64,000 nucleotides of DNA from Thermodesulfobacteriota bacterium (GCA_964291405.2 OZ219926.1:576001-640000); one strand, 5' to 3'. Positions 9,878 through 21,067 are shown, numbered from the stretch's first letter. A program made the numbers and translations. The notes: generated by a model from the sequence alone, not told the origin.

Positions 9878-12076
9878 TCAAAACGCGCTCTTGCCAGCTG
9901 ACGTAATGCCAACCAAAGATAAGGAAAACCGAAACTCAACCTCATCAGGGTTCACTTTCTCAACAACCCCGAAATCAAACGTCCAACACTTCTGCGGTGA
10001 GAGGACACGAAAGAAATAGCGAGACCCGATAAATATTTGGTCATTTAGATCATAGCGCGTAAAGTAGGCGACTGTCAGATATTCATTCAAGCGGAGAACA
10101 ACCCGAGAATTGATCTCCTTCAGGAGGCGGTCGGCAATGGTTCGATACGAAACCCCAAGGCTCGTCCGTCGCTGCAGATTGCGCAGTAACGGGCTCGTCT
10201 CAGGGATCGGACGCGGGTCCTGGAGATATCCACCAATACGGGCGGCAATCATGTCTCCTTGATCAACATCATACGTCGTCTCCGCCGCGAGGGTAAAGAG
10301 TGAGAATGGACGGACATGCGCACTGATATCCACATCAGAAAAATGTTGATCCGTCTCACTCAGGCCAAATCGTTCGCCTTCTTCTCGCAGACGTCGGCTC
10401 GGATCGTAAGCCTGGGTCACCGATACACGGAGCAGTTCACGGACGCGAGCTTGCCGATTGGAGGCGCCGGGGAGCGGGTCAAATTTTCCAAGGAGTCTGT
10501 TTGAAACACCATATACAAAGAGGCTACGCCGGTTAATCCGGTCGAGCGCATCATAGAGCGGCAGATCATCTTGACCAACCCGAGGGACGTAGGAGAATGA
10601 GACATGCGGCTCGATAATGTGTTGGAGTTTACTCACCCGTCCCCAACCAATATCGAAAACCCGGGAGAGGCGTGTTCCGAACTCAGCCTGTAGCTGGACC
10701 GTCTCCCTGGTCTGCGTCTTCTTTAGGCGGCTGGAACCAGGCACGATCGGGCGCCCCCGAGCGCGGGAACTCATGTGGTAGACTGTCTCCCGCCCAGTCG
10801 CCGTCACCGAACCATAGACATACCTGCCGAGGGAGAAAGGGAGCGATACCCAGGGAGCGAGATCAAAGCGCTGACCATAGTAGCCACGGTTCCGAAAAAA
10901 ATGGCTACCCTGGATGGTCACCCCAGCTTCAAGTCGGTCATTCCAGAAACGGCGATGGCCCTGAAAATTGACCTGAGGCAGAACCTGAAAGACATCATCC
11001 TGATCGTTTCGCAAATCTTGATAATAGCGCGCCTCGGAACGAAGCTGAGCGTTCTTCCAGGTTTTCAGACCGCCGGCTCGGGAAGCGGTAAACCGCCGTG
11101 AACGGAGCTGATGATCTTCAAACCCTGGATGGAAGGAAATATTGAATTCACGCAAGAAGAAATCATCGCTCACAAAAAAGAAATCACTATACACCTCCAC
11201 GTTATCGGCCATACGCTGCCGATGTGCCCCCGTAACACTCCAGCGATCAACAGGAGAGGTCGTTGAGGCCGGTCCCCGAATCTGTTCATTAAAATAGGAG
11301 GCGGAGAAATCGCCCTCCACCCGCTCACTGGGCGCATAGCGGTATTCTCCCAGGAGTCCAACCCGAGCGGAGGTTTCAATATCCGCTGTGAACGTAAAGT
11401 CCTGACTCTTACTGATTGCCCAATAGAAGGGCTGTTCCCACTGGAAACCGCGCTTACTCGAAAAGCCGGACCGGGGCGCGAGCGCGCCACTTTGACGGTC
11501 CTTGCGAACAGGAATCGCACCATAGGGGATATATAGAAGCGGGATGTCTCGAGCTCGCAGGAGCCCGCCACGAAGCTTACCGGTTCCAGCAAGGGTAAGA
11601 TCAAACTCGGAGGCGTCCAGCCTCCAATCTGGCTGCTCGTCGGCTTCACACTCACATGTTGTTATCGTTCCGTCTTCAATACGATAGGTCTGACCGTACG
11701 ATTTTTGGAGCCTTCTCCCGGTAATCGTATATTGACGCTGAGGCATGTGAATGACGCCATCTTCAATTTCGCCTGTTTCATCCGTGAGTTCCAGGCGTAA
11801 CGCCTCAGCCTGAATATTCCCTTGAGGGTCTTGCAGCACGACATTTCCACGGGCCTGAAGTTCATTCCTGGTCCGACTTACACTCACCGTATCTGCGGTG
11901 AGTGTCGTCTGGCCCTTGGTGACAACGACGTTCCCTTGCGCCGACACCGTCTCCCCGTCCTCTTCATAGCTCAGCGTGTCAGCATTGACCTCGACAGACT
12001 CTTGTGCGGAGACAGCCCCTGCCTCGATGAGCCAGGAAAGCGTGATCAAGAGAAAAAAATAGAGAATTCTTTGCAT
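9878..12076 (-). CDS. lptD: LPS-assembly outer membrane protein LptD
   Basis: Signal peptide, OstA-like N-domain, TTCxC...PDW, RQSG, HIIEP beta-barrel motif, terminal F. Confidence 0.88.
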   Translation of the reverse strand: MQRILYFFLLITLSWLIEAGAVSAQESVEVNADTLSYEEDGETVSAQGNVVVTKGQTTLTADTVSVSRTRNELQARGNVVLQDPQGNIQAEALRLELTDETGEIEDGVIHMPQRQYTITGRRLQKSYGQTYRIEDGTITTCECEADEQPDWRLDASEFDLTLAGTGKLRGGLLRARDIPLLYIPYGAIPVRKDRQSGALAPRSGFSSKRGFQWEQPFYWAISKSQDFTFTADIETSARVGLLGEYRYAPSERVEGDFSASYFNEQIRGPASTTSPVDRWSVTGAHRQRMADNVEVYSDFFFVSDDFFLREFNISFHPGFEDHQLRSRRFTASRAGGLKTWKNAQLRSEARYYQDLRNDQDDVFQVLPQVNFQGHRRFWNDRLEAGVTIQGSHFFRNRGYYGQRFDLAPWVSLPFSLGRYVYGSVTATGRETVYHMSSRARGRPIVPGSSRLKKTQTRETVQLQAEFGTRLSRVFDIGWGRVSKLQHIIEPHVSFSYVPRVGQDDLPLYDALDRINRRSLFVYGVSNRLLGKFDPLPGASNRQARVRELLRVSVTQAYDPSRRLREEGERFGLSETDQHFSDVDISAHVRPFSLFTLAAETTYDVDQGDMIAARIGGYLQDPRPIPETSPLLRNLQRRTSLGVSYRTIADRLLKEINSRVVLRLNEYLTVAYFTRYDLNDQIFIGSRYFFRVLSPQKCWTFDFGVVEKVNPDEVEFRFSLSLVGITSAGKSAF

Positions 12077-12092
12077 GACTATCTATGCTCTC

Positions 12093-13400
12093 TCAGACTG
12101 GCGGCTGTTTGGCTTGGGAGATCGTGGGGTCAACACAGACTTCGGGAAAGAGTGGCAGCACTTCTCCAACCAAGAACAACGAGCCACACACCACAAGAGC
12201 CTCTTGAGGACCGACTTGATGGAGCAGTTGTCGACAAGCTTCCGCGGCCCCCTCAATGGTGCGTACGGAACAGTTGGCAGAAAATGCCTGTTGCACCGTA
12301 TAAGGGTCTTCGGCCCGTGGTTGCGCGACCGCTGTCACGACAACCGCGGCAGCGACCTGTTCCAAGGCGGCTACCATCGGACGCCACTCTTTATCCCGCA
12401 TGACCCCAAAAAGAAAAATAGGCCGCCGATTCGGAGCGAGGTCGGGGAGTTCGGCCAGTAACGCGTGAAGGGCTTGGATATTATGCGCCCCGTCAAGAAT
12501 GACAAGGGGGTGTGTCGACACAATATCCAGCCTACCCGGCCAGTGTACCGACCGTAATCCCGCATGAATTTGAGCATCTGTCACCAGGAAAGCATCTTGG
12601 AGATATTCCAGACTCGCCAAAGCAACCGCAGCGTTGTGTGCTTGGAATTTTCCGTTCAGAGAAAGCTGAAGATTCTTATATTGATACTGCTTTCCGCCGT
12701 AGCAATATCGGCCGGAAGCGTCCTTCTCAAGAGTAAAATCCTGGCCATACGACAGAATCGCGCTGCCTTGATCTCGAGCCCTCTGATATAAAACGTCACG
12801 GCTCTCCTGATCGAGCTTCCCGAGCACGACCGGTACCGCGGGCTTAATAATCCCGCCCTTTTCACGCGCAATATCAGTCAGAGTGGACCCCAGATATTGC
12901 TGGTGGTCAAGTCCGATACTGGTGATGATGGACACCAAGGGGGTGAGAACATTGGTGGCGTCGAGTCTCCCACCCAAACCAACCTCCACAATGGCGATAT
13001 CCACGCAGGCTTGGGCAAAGATACGAAAAGCCAACACCGTCATCATCTCGAACGGAGTCAACCGAATGTCCGCCGGTTCGAGGTCGGACTTGATTGCCGC
13101 CACGGTATCCACCACCTCGCGTGGGGAGATCCACCGCGTGCCAATCCGAATCCGCTCACAAAAATCGATCAGATGTGGAGACGTAAACAATCCCACCTTA
13201 TACCCCGCAGCGCTGAGGATGGCATGCAATATGGCCGCGGTGGATCCCTTCCCATTCGTGCCGGCTATATGAACGCTGGGGAATTGGTGCTGCGGGTCAT
13301 CGCCCAAACGGAGCGCGAGCGTAGTCCGCTCAAGCTTGAGGTCCATACGCTCGACTTCGAGTCCGTACAACCACGCCAAGGTATCTGAGTAGTCGCGCAT
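12093..13400 (-). CDS. folC: Folylpolyglutamate synthase/dihydrofolate synthase
   Basis: HIAGTNGKGS, EVGLGGRLDATN, DGAHN, CGSLFLVG. Confidence 0.95.
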   Translation of the reverse strand: MRDYSDTLAWLYGLEVERMDLKLERTTLALRLGDDPQHQFPSVHIAGTNGKGSTAAILHAILSAAGYKVGLFTSPHLIDFCERIRIGTRWISPREVVDTVAAIKSDLEPADIRLTPFEMMTVLAFRIFAQACVDIAIVEVGLGGRLDATNVLTPLVSIITSIGLDHQQYLGSTLTDIAREKGGIIKPAVPVVLGKLDQESRDVLYQRARDQGSAILSYGQDFTLEKDASGRYCYGGKQYQYKNLQLSLNGKFQAHNAAVALASLEYLQDAFLVTDAQIHAGLRSVHWPGRLDIVSTHPLVILDGAHNIQALHALLAELPDLAPNRRPIFLFGVMRDKEWRPMVAALEQVAAAVVVTAVAQPRAEDPYTVQQAFSANCSVRTIEGAAEACRQLLHQVGPQEALVVCGSLFLVGEVLPLFPEVCVDPTISQAKQPPV

Positions 13401-13436
13401 CCTGTCTTTCTGAATAGCAGATTACAGGATGAGACG

Positions 13437-14303
13437 TTATGGGGGAGAGTGAGACGCTTTTTGGGTTGAGTCAGGGGTGGGTACAGGATTGCATAAGAGA
13501 CCAAGCAACTGGCTTAACATCCCACGCAAATCCTTGCGCTCAACAACAAGGTCTACCATACCATGGCCCAATAAGAATTCCGCTCGTTGAAACCCTGGGG
13601 GAAGCTTTTCCCGGATGGTCTGTTCAATCACGCGTTGTCCAGCAAAACCAATCAAGGCTCCGGGCTCAGCAATATTGATGTCGCCCAGCATACCCAGCGA
13701 GGCGGCAACGCCACCCGTCGTGGGATCTGTCAAAACCGAGATATACGGCAACCCCGCTTCTCGTAAACGACCAAGCGCCATAGTGACCTTTGCCATCTGC
13801 ATTAGCGAGAGCACCCCTTCCTGCATCCTGGCACCGCCGGAGGCAGAGAAGAAAATAACAGGCAATTGTTCTGCGCGGGCGTGCTCGATAATCCGCGTCA
13901 GTTTTTCCCCCACGGCAGTCCCCATACTGCCACCGAGAAAAGAGAAGTCGAAACAGCCGAGAGCAACACGACGCCCGTCAAGGGTCGCTACCCCACAGAC
14001 AACGGCTTCGGCACGTCCCGAGCGACTGCGCGCATCAGCTAACCGTTGGGCGTACGGTTTCCGGTCGGTGAAGGCGAGAGGATCGGTGGAGTGTACGTAC
14101 GGTGCATATTCAATGAACGAACCGCGATCAACGATGGTGAGCAGTCGTTGTTCGGCGGTCAGTCGGAGATGAGCGCCACATTTGGGGCAAATAAAAAGGC
14201 GACGCTCGACCTCCTTACGAAATAAAATTTCTTGACACGTCGAACATTTGAGCCAAATGGCCTCCCCCTCTTCTTGACTCACCGTGACTACCGGTTCTGC
14301 CAT
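13437..14303 (-). CDS. accD: Acetyl-CoA carboxylase carboxyltransferase beta subunit
   Basis: WxKC Zn finger, GGSMG, SGGARMQEG, PTTGGV. Confidence 0.95.
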   Translation of the reverse strand: MAEPVVTVSQEEGEAIWLKCSTCQEILFRKEVERRLFICPKCGAHLRLTAEQRLLTIVDRGSFIEYAPYVHSTDPLAFTDRKPYAQRLADARSRSGRAEAVVCGVATLDGRRVALGCFDFSFLGGSMGTAVGEKLTRIIEHARAEQLPVIFFSASGGARMQEGVLSLMQMAKVTMALGRLREAGLPYISVLTDPTTGGVAASLGMLGDINIAEPGALIGFAGQRVIEQTIREKLPPGFQRAEFLLGHGMVDLVVERKDLRGMLSQLLGLLCNPVPTPDSTQKASHSPP

Positions 14304-14342
14304 ACTCACTCTTTCTTCAGTGCTCTCCGCCTGTCCCCAGGA

Positions 14343-15188
14343 TTATGGCGGGACTATAGTAGTCATGGTATCGTTTGGAGTGGCGGTCGCGATGCTGCAT
14401 AGGGCTGTTTTGAGCTCAGCAATAAGCGCTCCCACACGCGGCACCAGGTCCGGCTGTCCCAGCGATTGTTCAATGACCTGCGAGATGGCGCTGCCGACAA
14501 TAGCAGCGTCAGCCACGCCCGCGACCTGGACGGCATGTTCTGCTGAGGAGATACCGAACCCAACACCAACGGGTACAGGGGAAATAGCGCGAATGCGTCG
14601 AACCATATCACTCAAATCCGCTGGGAGTGCCACCCGTACGCCCGTCACGCCAGTCACCGCGACATAATAGATAAATCCACGCGCACGAGCCAGCACCTTC
14701 TGAGCTCGGTCCAGCGAGCTGGTCGGAGCGAGAAGAAAGATCATATCCAAATCGTGGCGATCCGTCTCCCGTTTCAACTCCTCTGCTTCCTCGGGCGGGA
14801 GGTCAACGCATAGTACGCCGTCAACACCTGCCTGGCGGGCATCGGCGGCAAAACGCTCCCCACCATAGCGCCAGATCGGATTATAATAGCCAAAGAGCAG
14901 GATTGGGATCGTGAGCGACTGTCGTAAACGACGCACTAGTTCAAATACGTGAGACAAGGACGTACCGTGCTGCAAGGCACGTTCTGCAGCACGTTGCAGG
15001 GTTGGCCCATCGGCCATCGGGTCAGAAAAAGGGACGCCGAGTTCGATGATGTCAGCCCCCTGTCGAGCCATTTCATGGACTAATGCAAACGTCGTCTCGA
15101 TATCGGGATCCCCCACAGTAACGAATGGGATGAGGCCAACCTCTCCGCGAGCCCGCAACTGGGTAAAGGTGTCGGCAATGCGCGTCAT
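14343..15188 (-). CDS. trpA: Tryptophan synthase alpha chain
   Basis: [23 protein letters not shown]. Confidence 0.96.
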   Translation of the reverse strand: MTRIADTFTQLRARGEVGLIPFVTVGDPDIETTFALVHEMARQGADIIELGVPFSDPMADGPTLQRAAERALQHGTSLSHVFELVRRLRQSLTIPILLFGYYNPIWRYGGERFAADARQAGVDGVLCVDLPPEEAEELKRETDRHDLDMIFLLAPTSSLDRAQKVLARARGFIYYVAVTGVTGVRVALPADLSDMVRRIRAISPVPVGVGFGISSAEHAVQVAGVADAAIVGSAISQVIEQSLGQPDLVPRVGALIAELKTALCSIATATPNDTMTTIVPP

Positions 15189-16375
15189 AGAGCATTTTCA
15201 CCAAGAAAGCTGGCCACGCTTTGGAGGTCTTTATCACCTCGACCAGAAACGTTAATCACCACGGTGGCCGTGGCTGGAAGTTGTGGGACGAGGTTCGCAG
15301 CATAGGCGACGGCATGGGCACTCTCCAAGGCAGGAATGATCCCCTCCGTCTCAGCCAAGAGCCGCATCCCCTCGACTGCTTGCGCGTCCTGGACCGTCAC
15401 ACAGCGAATGCGCTGCTGGTCATTCCAATAGCTCAATTCTGGTCCAACGCCTGGATAGTCCAACCCCGGCGCGAGCGAATGTGTTGTGGAAATCTGGCCG
15501 GTCTCGTCCTGGAGCACATACGTCTTGCTGCCGTGTAACACGCCAGCGTATCCGTTTGCCATTGAGGCTGCATTCCGGCCTGCACCGAGTCCCCCGGCCT
15601 CAACCGCAACCATGTGGACTGCGGTCTCGGGGAGAAAGGGAGCAAAGAGGCCCATCGCGTTGCTCCCACCCCCAACACAAGCGATGAGATAGTCAGGCAA
15701 ACGACCCTCGTGCTGCACGATCTGTTTTTTGGTCTCACGTCCAATAACGGACTGAAAGTCACGGACCAACATAGGATACGGATGCGGACCGGCGACTGTT
15801 CCGATGACATAAAAGGTATGCGCCACATGCGTAATCCAGTCACGCAAGGCTTCGTTCATCGCGTCTTTCAGGGTCTGGCTCCCAGAAACGACCTCTCGCA
15901 GCGTCGCCCCCAAAAGTCGCATACGAAAAACATTGGGCGCCTGGCGCACGGTATCTTCACGGCCCATAAAGACTTCACACGAGAACCCGAGGAGAGCCGC
16001 GACAGTCGCCGTTGCAACCCCATGTTGGCCAGCTCCGGTTTCGGCAATAAGTCGCTCTTTTCCCATGCGTTTTGCCAATAAGGCTTGACCAATGGTGTTG
16101 TTGATCTTATGCGCACCGGTATGACACAGATCTTCACGCTTGAGATAGACCTTTGCCCCCCCAAGCCGCTCGGTCAGGCGGGCGGCAAAGGTGAGCGGTG
16201 TCGGTCGGCCAATATATTCACGCTGGAGTGCGCGGAGTTCTCGCTTAAATGTCGAGTCTCTGCGGCATTGGTAATAGACCTCTTCGAGCTCAAGCAGAGC
16301 CGGCATCAGGGTCTCCGCTACATAGCGGCCGCCATAGAGACCAAAATGTCCATGTTTATCAGGCAGCTTTGGCAT
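15185..16375 (-). CDS. trpB: Tryptophan synthase beta chain
   Basis: HTGAHKINN (PLP lysine), [18 protein letters not shown]. Start MPKLPD at 16375. Confidence 0.96.
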   Translation of the reverse strand: MPKLPDKHGHFGLYGGRYVAETLMPALLELEEVYYQCRRDSTFKRELRALQREYIGRPTPLTFAARLTERLGGAKVYLKREDLCHTGAHKINNTIGQALLAKRMGKERLIAETGAGQHGVATATVAALLGFSCEVFMGREDTVRQAPNVFRMRLLGATLREVVSGSQTLKDAMNEALRDWITHVAHTFYVIGTVAGPHPYPMLVRDFQSVIGRETKKQIVQHEGRLPDYLIACVGGGSNAMGLFAPFLPETAVHMVAVEAGGLGAGRNAASMANGYAGVLHGSKTYVLQDETGQISTTHSLAPGLDYPGVGPELSYWNDQQRIRCVTVQDAQAVEGMRLLAETEGIIPALESAHAVAYAANLVPQLPATATVVINVSGRGDKDLQSVASFLGENAL

Positions 16376-16982
16376 TGTTGATGAACGTGTGCAGTTTTTC
16401 TGCATCCTTCCGTCCGGGAGCCGACTCAACACCACTAGCGACATCGACGGCCCACGGCCGCACGGCCTCAACCGCAAGGGCTACATTCTCTGCATTGAGC
16501 CCCCCAGCCAAAATCGTCCGGTCCAAGGTCAATCGAGAGAGAGTCACAGCATGCCCCCAGGCGAAGGTCTCGCCCGTCCCTCCGTATCCGCGAGAACTAT
16601 ACGTGTCAAGGAGGAGGTAATCAGTCTGAATCCCTTCGAGTTGCTCAGGGAGAGAGGTCTCCGAGCCAACCCGAACCGCCTTGATAGTCGCAACCGACCA
16701 GTCCGTCAGAGCAGCAGCGTCCTCATCACCGTGAAACTGGACCGCGTCAAGAGAGAGCGCGCGAATATAGGCAGCGATACGCTCCCGCTCCGCATTGACA
16801 AAGACACCCACACAGCGAACATGCTGAGGCAGAACGCTCCGGATCGCTTTAGCAGTTGTCTCAGAAATACAGCGCGGGCTGGGCGGATAAAAGTTCAGGC
16901 CAATCAGATCGGCGCCAGCCCGCACGGCAAGCCGGGCATCAGCGACTGTCGTAATACCACAGATTTTGACGTGGACGGACAT
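16359..16982 (-). CDS. trpF: Phosphoribosylanthranilate isomerase
   Basis: [26 protein letters not shown]. Confidence 0.95.
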   Translation of the reverse strand: MSVHVKICGITTVADARLAVRAGADLIGLNFYPPSPRCISETTAKAIRSVLPQHVRCVGVFVNAERERIAAYIRALSLDAVQFHGDEDAAALTDWSVATIKAVRVGSETSLPEQLEGIQTDYLLLDTYSSRGYGGTGETFAWGHAVTLSRLTLDRTILAGGLNAENVALAVEAVRPWAVDVASGVESAPGRKDAEKLHTFINNAKAA

Positions 16983-16989
16983 GAGTAGG

Positions 16990-17772
16990 CTACGTGGGAT
17001 GTCCCAACAGCGAGCGGAGCGGCTCTCCAGGGTCTGGCGCTGCCATAAAGGTCTCACCAATTAAGAACGCCCGCACCCCCTGAGCCTCGAGTCGGTCTAA
17101 TTGATGCCGGGTTGACAGTCCGCTTTCAGACACCACCAGTACATCGGAGGGCAGATTTTGCACCAAACGTTCGGTGGTCTCAATCGTTGTATGGAAGGTA
17201 CGCAGATCCCGGTTGTTAATACCCAGCAGAGACACGCCTTGGGCCAGGGCGCGCTCACATTCCGCCTCATCATGCACTTCGACCAGACAGTCGATCCCCA
17301 GCGTTTGAGCCAGATGCATCAGATCGTGCAGCTGGGCGTCTTCGAGAATCGCGACAATTAAGAGAATAGCACTCGCTCCGGAGGCACGCGCTTCGTACAC
17401 TTGGTAGTCATCAAAGACGAAATCTTTTCTGAGGAGGGGGAGTGCGACCTGCTGGCGAATTTGTTTGAGGTACTCGAGGCTGCCCTGAAAAAATTTCTTT
17501 TCCGTAAGCACAGAGATAGCGGCTGCTCCCGAGGATTCATAGAGACGGGCGAGAGCAAGGGGATCAAAGTCTTGCCGGATCACACCCTTGGAGGGAGATG
17601 CCTTTTTTACCTCGGCAATAATCGTCCGTCCGTTCCAGGCAGACAAGGTCTGGAAAAGACCAGGCGGCTGAGAATGGAATAACGGCATGTCTTGAAGCTG
17701 GCCGAGCGATACCTGCTGTTTTTGGAGCGCGAGTTCCTCGCGTTTGTAGGCCACGATGTCGTCAAGAATCAT
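16990..17772 (-). CDS. trpC: Indole-3-glycerol phosphate synthase
   Basis: IAEVKKASPSKG, LLRKDF, GINNRDL, SESG. Confidence 0.96.
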   Translation of the reverse strand: MILDDIVAYKREELALQKQQVSLGQLQDMPLFHSQPPGLFQTLSAWNGRTIIAEVKKASPSKGVIRQDFDPLALARLYESSGAAAISVLTEKKFFQGSLEYLKQIRQQVALPLLRKDFVFDDYQVYEARASGASAILLIVAILEDAQLHDLMHLAQTLGIDCLVEVHDEAECERALAQGVSLLGINNRDLRTFHTTIETTERLVQNLPSDVLVVSESGLSTRHQLDRLEAQGVRAFLIGETFMAAPDPGEPLRSLLGHPT

Positions 17773-18788
17773 ACCGTTTCCCTGTGTGTCAGCGGGATAA
17801 ACCGTTTCAGCGTCCGGGCCGCGTCTCCACTGTCAATCGTGGTCCTGGCAAGCACAATCCCATCTGCTAGTGAAGTAGTCGCATTTCCGGCATAGAGGGC
17901 TGCTCCAGCATTAAGCAAGACAACGTCTCGGTGGGGACCTGGGGTTCCAGCCAAGACTGACCGGATGATATCTGCCGATTCCTGGGCACTCGAGACCTGG
18001 AGGGCGGTTAACGGACGACACTGAAAACCGTAATCTGTCGGATTGATGTTATACGTCCGAACGCCCTGTGGTCCCCACTCAGCAACTTGCGTCGGACCGC
18101 TCAGCGACACCTCATCAAGTCCATCCTCTCCATGCACGACCAAGCCGTGCTGACAACCCAATCGTCCGAGTGCCGCAGCTAGCGGCTGAACCCAACGCTG
18201 GTCAAAGACGCCAATGAGTTGATATTGCGCTCCCGCCGGATTCGTGAGGGGTCCAAGGATATTGAAGATAGTCCGTATCCCAACTTCCCGACGTGGGCCA
18301 ACGGCATGGCGCATGGCTCGATGAAAGGCTGGAGCAAGTAGAAAACCGAAGCCGACTTCCCGCATACAATAGGCCACCTGCTGTGGCGACAGTTCAATAC
18401 GAGCACCGAGGGTTTCTAGGACATCGGCACCACCGACCGTTCCAGACATTGCCCGATTGCCATGTTTTGCCACGCATAAACCCGCGGCGGCAACCACAAA
18501 AGCAGCACAGGTCGAAATATTAAACGTATGGCAGCCGTCTCCCCCAGTGCCGCAGGTATCAATAACCGCGCGCCCCGGACGAACTGGCGTCGCCATAGCG
18601 CGCATAGCCCCAGCCGCTCCAGAGATCTCGGCGACGGTCTCACCCTTGATGTGGAGCGCGGTCAATAGGGCTCCAATCTGAGCTGGGGTGGCCTGTCCAT
18701 CCATCAGGTCGGTGATGACGGCATACATCTCTTCTTCCGTCAGATCTGCACCGGCAACCACGTGGGCGATGGCATCTTTGACCGTCAT
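17769..18788 (-). CDS. trpD: Anthranilate phosphoribosyltransferase
   Basis: DTCGTGGDG, FNIST, AKHGNR, GPLTNP. Start MTVKDAI at 18788. Confidence 0.95.
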   Translation of the reverse strand: MTVKDAIAHVVAGADLTEEEMYAVITDLMDGQATPAQIGALLTALHIKGETVAEISGAAGAMRAMATPVRPGRAVIDTCGTGGDGCHTFNISTCAAFVVAAAGLCVAKHGNRAMSGTVGGADVLETLGARIELSPQQVAYCMREVGFGFLLAPAFHRAMRHAVGPRREVGIRTIFNILGPLTNPAGAQYQLIGVFDQRWVQPLAAALGRLGCQHGLVVHGEDGLDEVSLSGPTQVAEWGPQGVRTYNINPTDYGFQCRPLTALQVSSAQESADIIRSVLAGTPGPHRDVVLLNAGAALYAGNATTSLADGIVLARTTIDSGDAARTLKRFIPLTHRETV

Positions 18789-18805
18789 GGATACAGCGCG
18801 AGGGG

Positions 18806-19450
18806 TTAATCTGAAACCAGGTAGGCCTGGGCGAATTTCTCTTCGCGTCGAAAGCGCGCAGCCACGCGTTGGGCCTCTTCTTGGGTAAATGTTCCGACGC
18901 GCAAACGATACAATGTTTCTCCGTTCTTTGTCAGCCTGTTGACGGAGGCCGTATAGCCTCTTTTGCGGAGTTCCGCGGCTAGTTGATGTGCCGTACTTCG
19001 ACTCTTTGTGACATGGACCTGAATGTTCCACCCACTCACAACCTGCTGCTCTTTTTGGCCTGGCGCTTTGCCTTCGCTTGGAGCAGATGCAGTCAGTGCG
19101 GTCTCTCGTTTTTTATTTTGCGGCGTCAGTGCTGGGTTCGGAGAAACGCTCTCTCCGACGGGCGGGGTTGAGGGCTTCGTCTGCGATTGGTTATTTTGAG
19201 TCTGTTTCTCTAAGGTCTTCCTTAAAGTCAGCGGAAAGGCCTGGGACGCGGGAATCGCAGTCTCGTTGTGGTCAGTATGCCCAACAGGAAAGCGTACGGT
19301 CCGCGTCTCCTGGGCAGTTTTATACGCCTGCACTTCTTTTCCGATATAGATCCCAAAAGCAAAGACAAGAAGAAAGCTCACCACGACACTCACACATACG
19401 ATACACCCCTCGGGGAGATTAAAGTAGAAGGCATATTGCCGAACAGCCAT
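18806..19450 (-). CDS. Membrane-anchored SPOR-domain protein (FtsN/DedD-like)
   Basis: N-terminal TM segment, P/S/T/Q-rich linker, C-terminal WxIQV...A..L...G......YRLRVG SPOR domain. Confidence 0.8.
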   Translation of the reverse strand: MAVRQYAFYFNLPEGCIVCVSVVVSFLLVFAFGIYIGKEVQAYKTAQETRTVRFPVGHTDHNETAIPASQAFPLTLRKTLEKQTQNNQSQTKPSTPPVGESVSPNPALTPQNKKRETALTASAPSEGKAPGQKEQQVVSGWNIQVHVTKSRSTAHQLAAELRKRGYTASVNRLTKNGETLYRLRVGTFTQEEAQRVAARFRREEKFAQAYLVSD

Positions 19451-19506
19451 GGCGAGTCCTTCCTCCTATTTCCTCATATACACCTGACTTACCCGAGAGA
19501 ACGACA

Positions 19507-19529
19507 AAGGGGGAGCAACGCTCCCCCTT
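19507..19529 (-). terminator. Probable intrinsic terminator after rplQ (end of the ribosomal superoperon)
   Basis: Perfect 10-bp stem AAGGGGGAGC/GCTCCCCCTT followed by TGTCGTTCT on the minus strand. Confidence 0.7.
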
Positions 19530-19618
19530 CCCGACTCGTCCGATGAGGTGTGCGCTTCGAGGAGCTGTTCAGATTCTCGAATCACCCCGGCTGGCACCTC
19601 GACTCCCCGCCCTTACTT

Positions 19619-20014
19619 CTATGCGCTCCTAGCGCCTCCTCCGGTTGAGGGAGCACTTGACCGTTCCGTAAACTCGACAAGTGAGACCGGAGCAGCATCC
19701 CCACGGCGAGGACCTATCTTCAGCACCCGTGTATATCCACCCACCCGACCCTGAAAGCGCGGGGCAACCTCATCAAACAAACGTTGGACCAGTTTCCGGC
19801 TACCAAGATACGAGAAGGCAAGACGGCGCGCATGGACCGAATTCTTTTTTCCAAGGGTCACCAGACGGTCCGCCCAGCGGCGGAGTTCTTTGGCCTTCGC
19901 GTCAGTCGTTCGGACTTGTTCACGCAGCACCAACGCCTTCAATAAGTTCCGCAGTAGCGCCTTTCTGTGCGCTGCCGTGCGATTCAGTTTTCGCCCTGCT
20001 TTCAGATGTCGCAT
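19619..20014 (-). CDS. rplQ: 50S ribosomal protein L17
   Basis: [23 protein letters not shown]. Confidence 0.97.
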   Translation of the reverse strand: MRHLKAGRKLNRTAAHRKALLRNLLKALVLREQVRTTDAKAKELRRWADRLVTLGKKNSVHARRLAFSYLGSRKLVQRLFDEVAPRFQGRVGGYTRVLKIGPRRGDAAPVSLVEFTERSSAPSTGGGARSA

Positions 20015-20047
20015 CGTCCTCGCTTCCCTGCTGCTCCGAGACTCTGG

Positions 20048-21067
20048 CTAAGCCAGATTGCCCTCGCGGGAGACTCGCATTCGATCCAACTCTTCCCGAG
20101 GGGGAAATGCTTCCAGATGCATTCCAAGCTCTAATCCCATCTCATGAAGTAATTCTTTAATCTCGTTGAGTGATTTCCGTCCGAAATTTTTCGTCTTAAG
20201 AAGTTCGGGTTCGGCCTTGACAACGAGTTCACCCACATAGCGGATATCTGCACTTTGGAGGCAATTGGCAGAACGAACCGAAAGTGCCAGTTCTTCAATG
20301 GGTCGAAAAAGATTTTCATTCGTCGGTGACTGGTCTTCCTGTCCCGGACGCTCTTCTTGGCTGTCGATCTCTTCTGTCGTACCAGAAAAAATCGAGAGCT
20401 GATCCTGAGCGATCCGTGCGGCCTCGGCTACCGCTTCTTTCGGCTCAATGCTGCCATCGGTCCATATTTCAAGCGCCAGCCTTTCGTAGTCCGTCCGCTG
20501 GCCAACACGTGCGTTAGTTATGGTCACATTGACCTTTCGAACAGGAGAAAACACCGCATCAAGGGGAATTGTGCCAACGGGGCTCTCTTCAGACTGATTC
20601 CGGTCAGCCGCCATATACCCACGCCCTGTGCGAATCTCGGCTTCAACTTCGAGCTTTCCGTCTTTGCTCAGTTTCGCAACATGGGCCTCTGGATTGAGAA
20701 TGTCAACCTGAGGACCCACGACCAAATCACCAGCGCTCACACTCTTTGCACCATTGACCCTCAGGGTGGCCGTTTCCATATCGCTGTCGTGGAGACGGAA
20801 TCGGACTTCTTTCAGGTTCAGAAGGATATCTGTGACATCTTCCGTGACACCGGGAATCGTCGAGAATTCGTGCACAACGTCTTGAATCCTGACCTTGGTG
20901 ATGGCCGCCCCAGGCAAGGAGGAGAGAAGAATTCGCCTCAGGGCATTGCCCAACGTTGTCCCGAATCCACGCTCGAAGGGCTCGCCGATAAAGCGGCCAT
21001 ATGTGGGGGTCAGGGTTTTGTCTTCAACATCGAGTGTCTTGGGCTTGATGAGATCACTCTCCTGCAT
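20048..21067 (-). CDS. rpoA: RNA polymerase alpha subunit
   Basis: EPFERGFGTTLGNALRR, LSVRSANCL, NFGRKSL. Confidence 0.97.
   Translation of the reverse strand: MQESDLIKPKTLDVEDKTLTPTYGRFIGEPFERGFGTTLGNALRRILLSSLPGAAITKVRIQDVVHEFSTIPGVTEDVTDILLNLKEVRFRLHDSDMETATLRVNGAKSVSAGDLVVGPQVDILNPEAHVAKLSKDGKLEVEAEIRTGRGYMAADRNQSEESPVGTIPLDAVFSPVRKVNVTITNARVGQRTDYERLALEIWTDGSIEPKEAVAEAARIAQDQLSIFSGTTEEIDSQEERPGQEDQSPTNENLFRPIEELALSVRSANCLQSADIRYVGELVVKAEPELLKTKNFGRKSLNEIKELLHEMGLELGMHLEAFPPREELDRMRVSREGNLA

Noticed and set aside
17769-19031. Long N-terminal extensions in the ORF track (trpD, trpB, trpF, rpsH, nusG, secE, lptF, lptG, rpmB)
   Set aside because: These come from choosing the most upstream start; they overlap neighbouring genes, and homology begins at the downstream starts used here.
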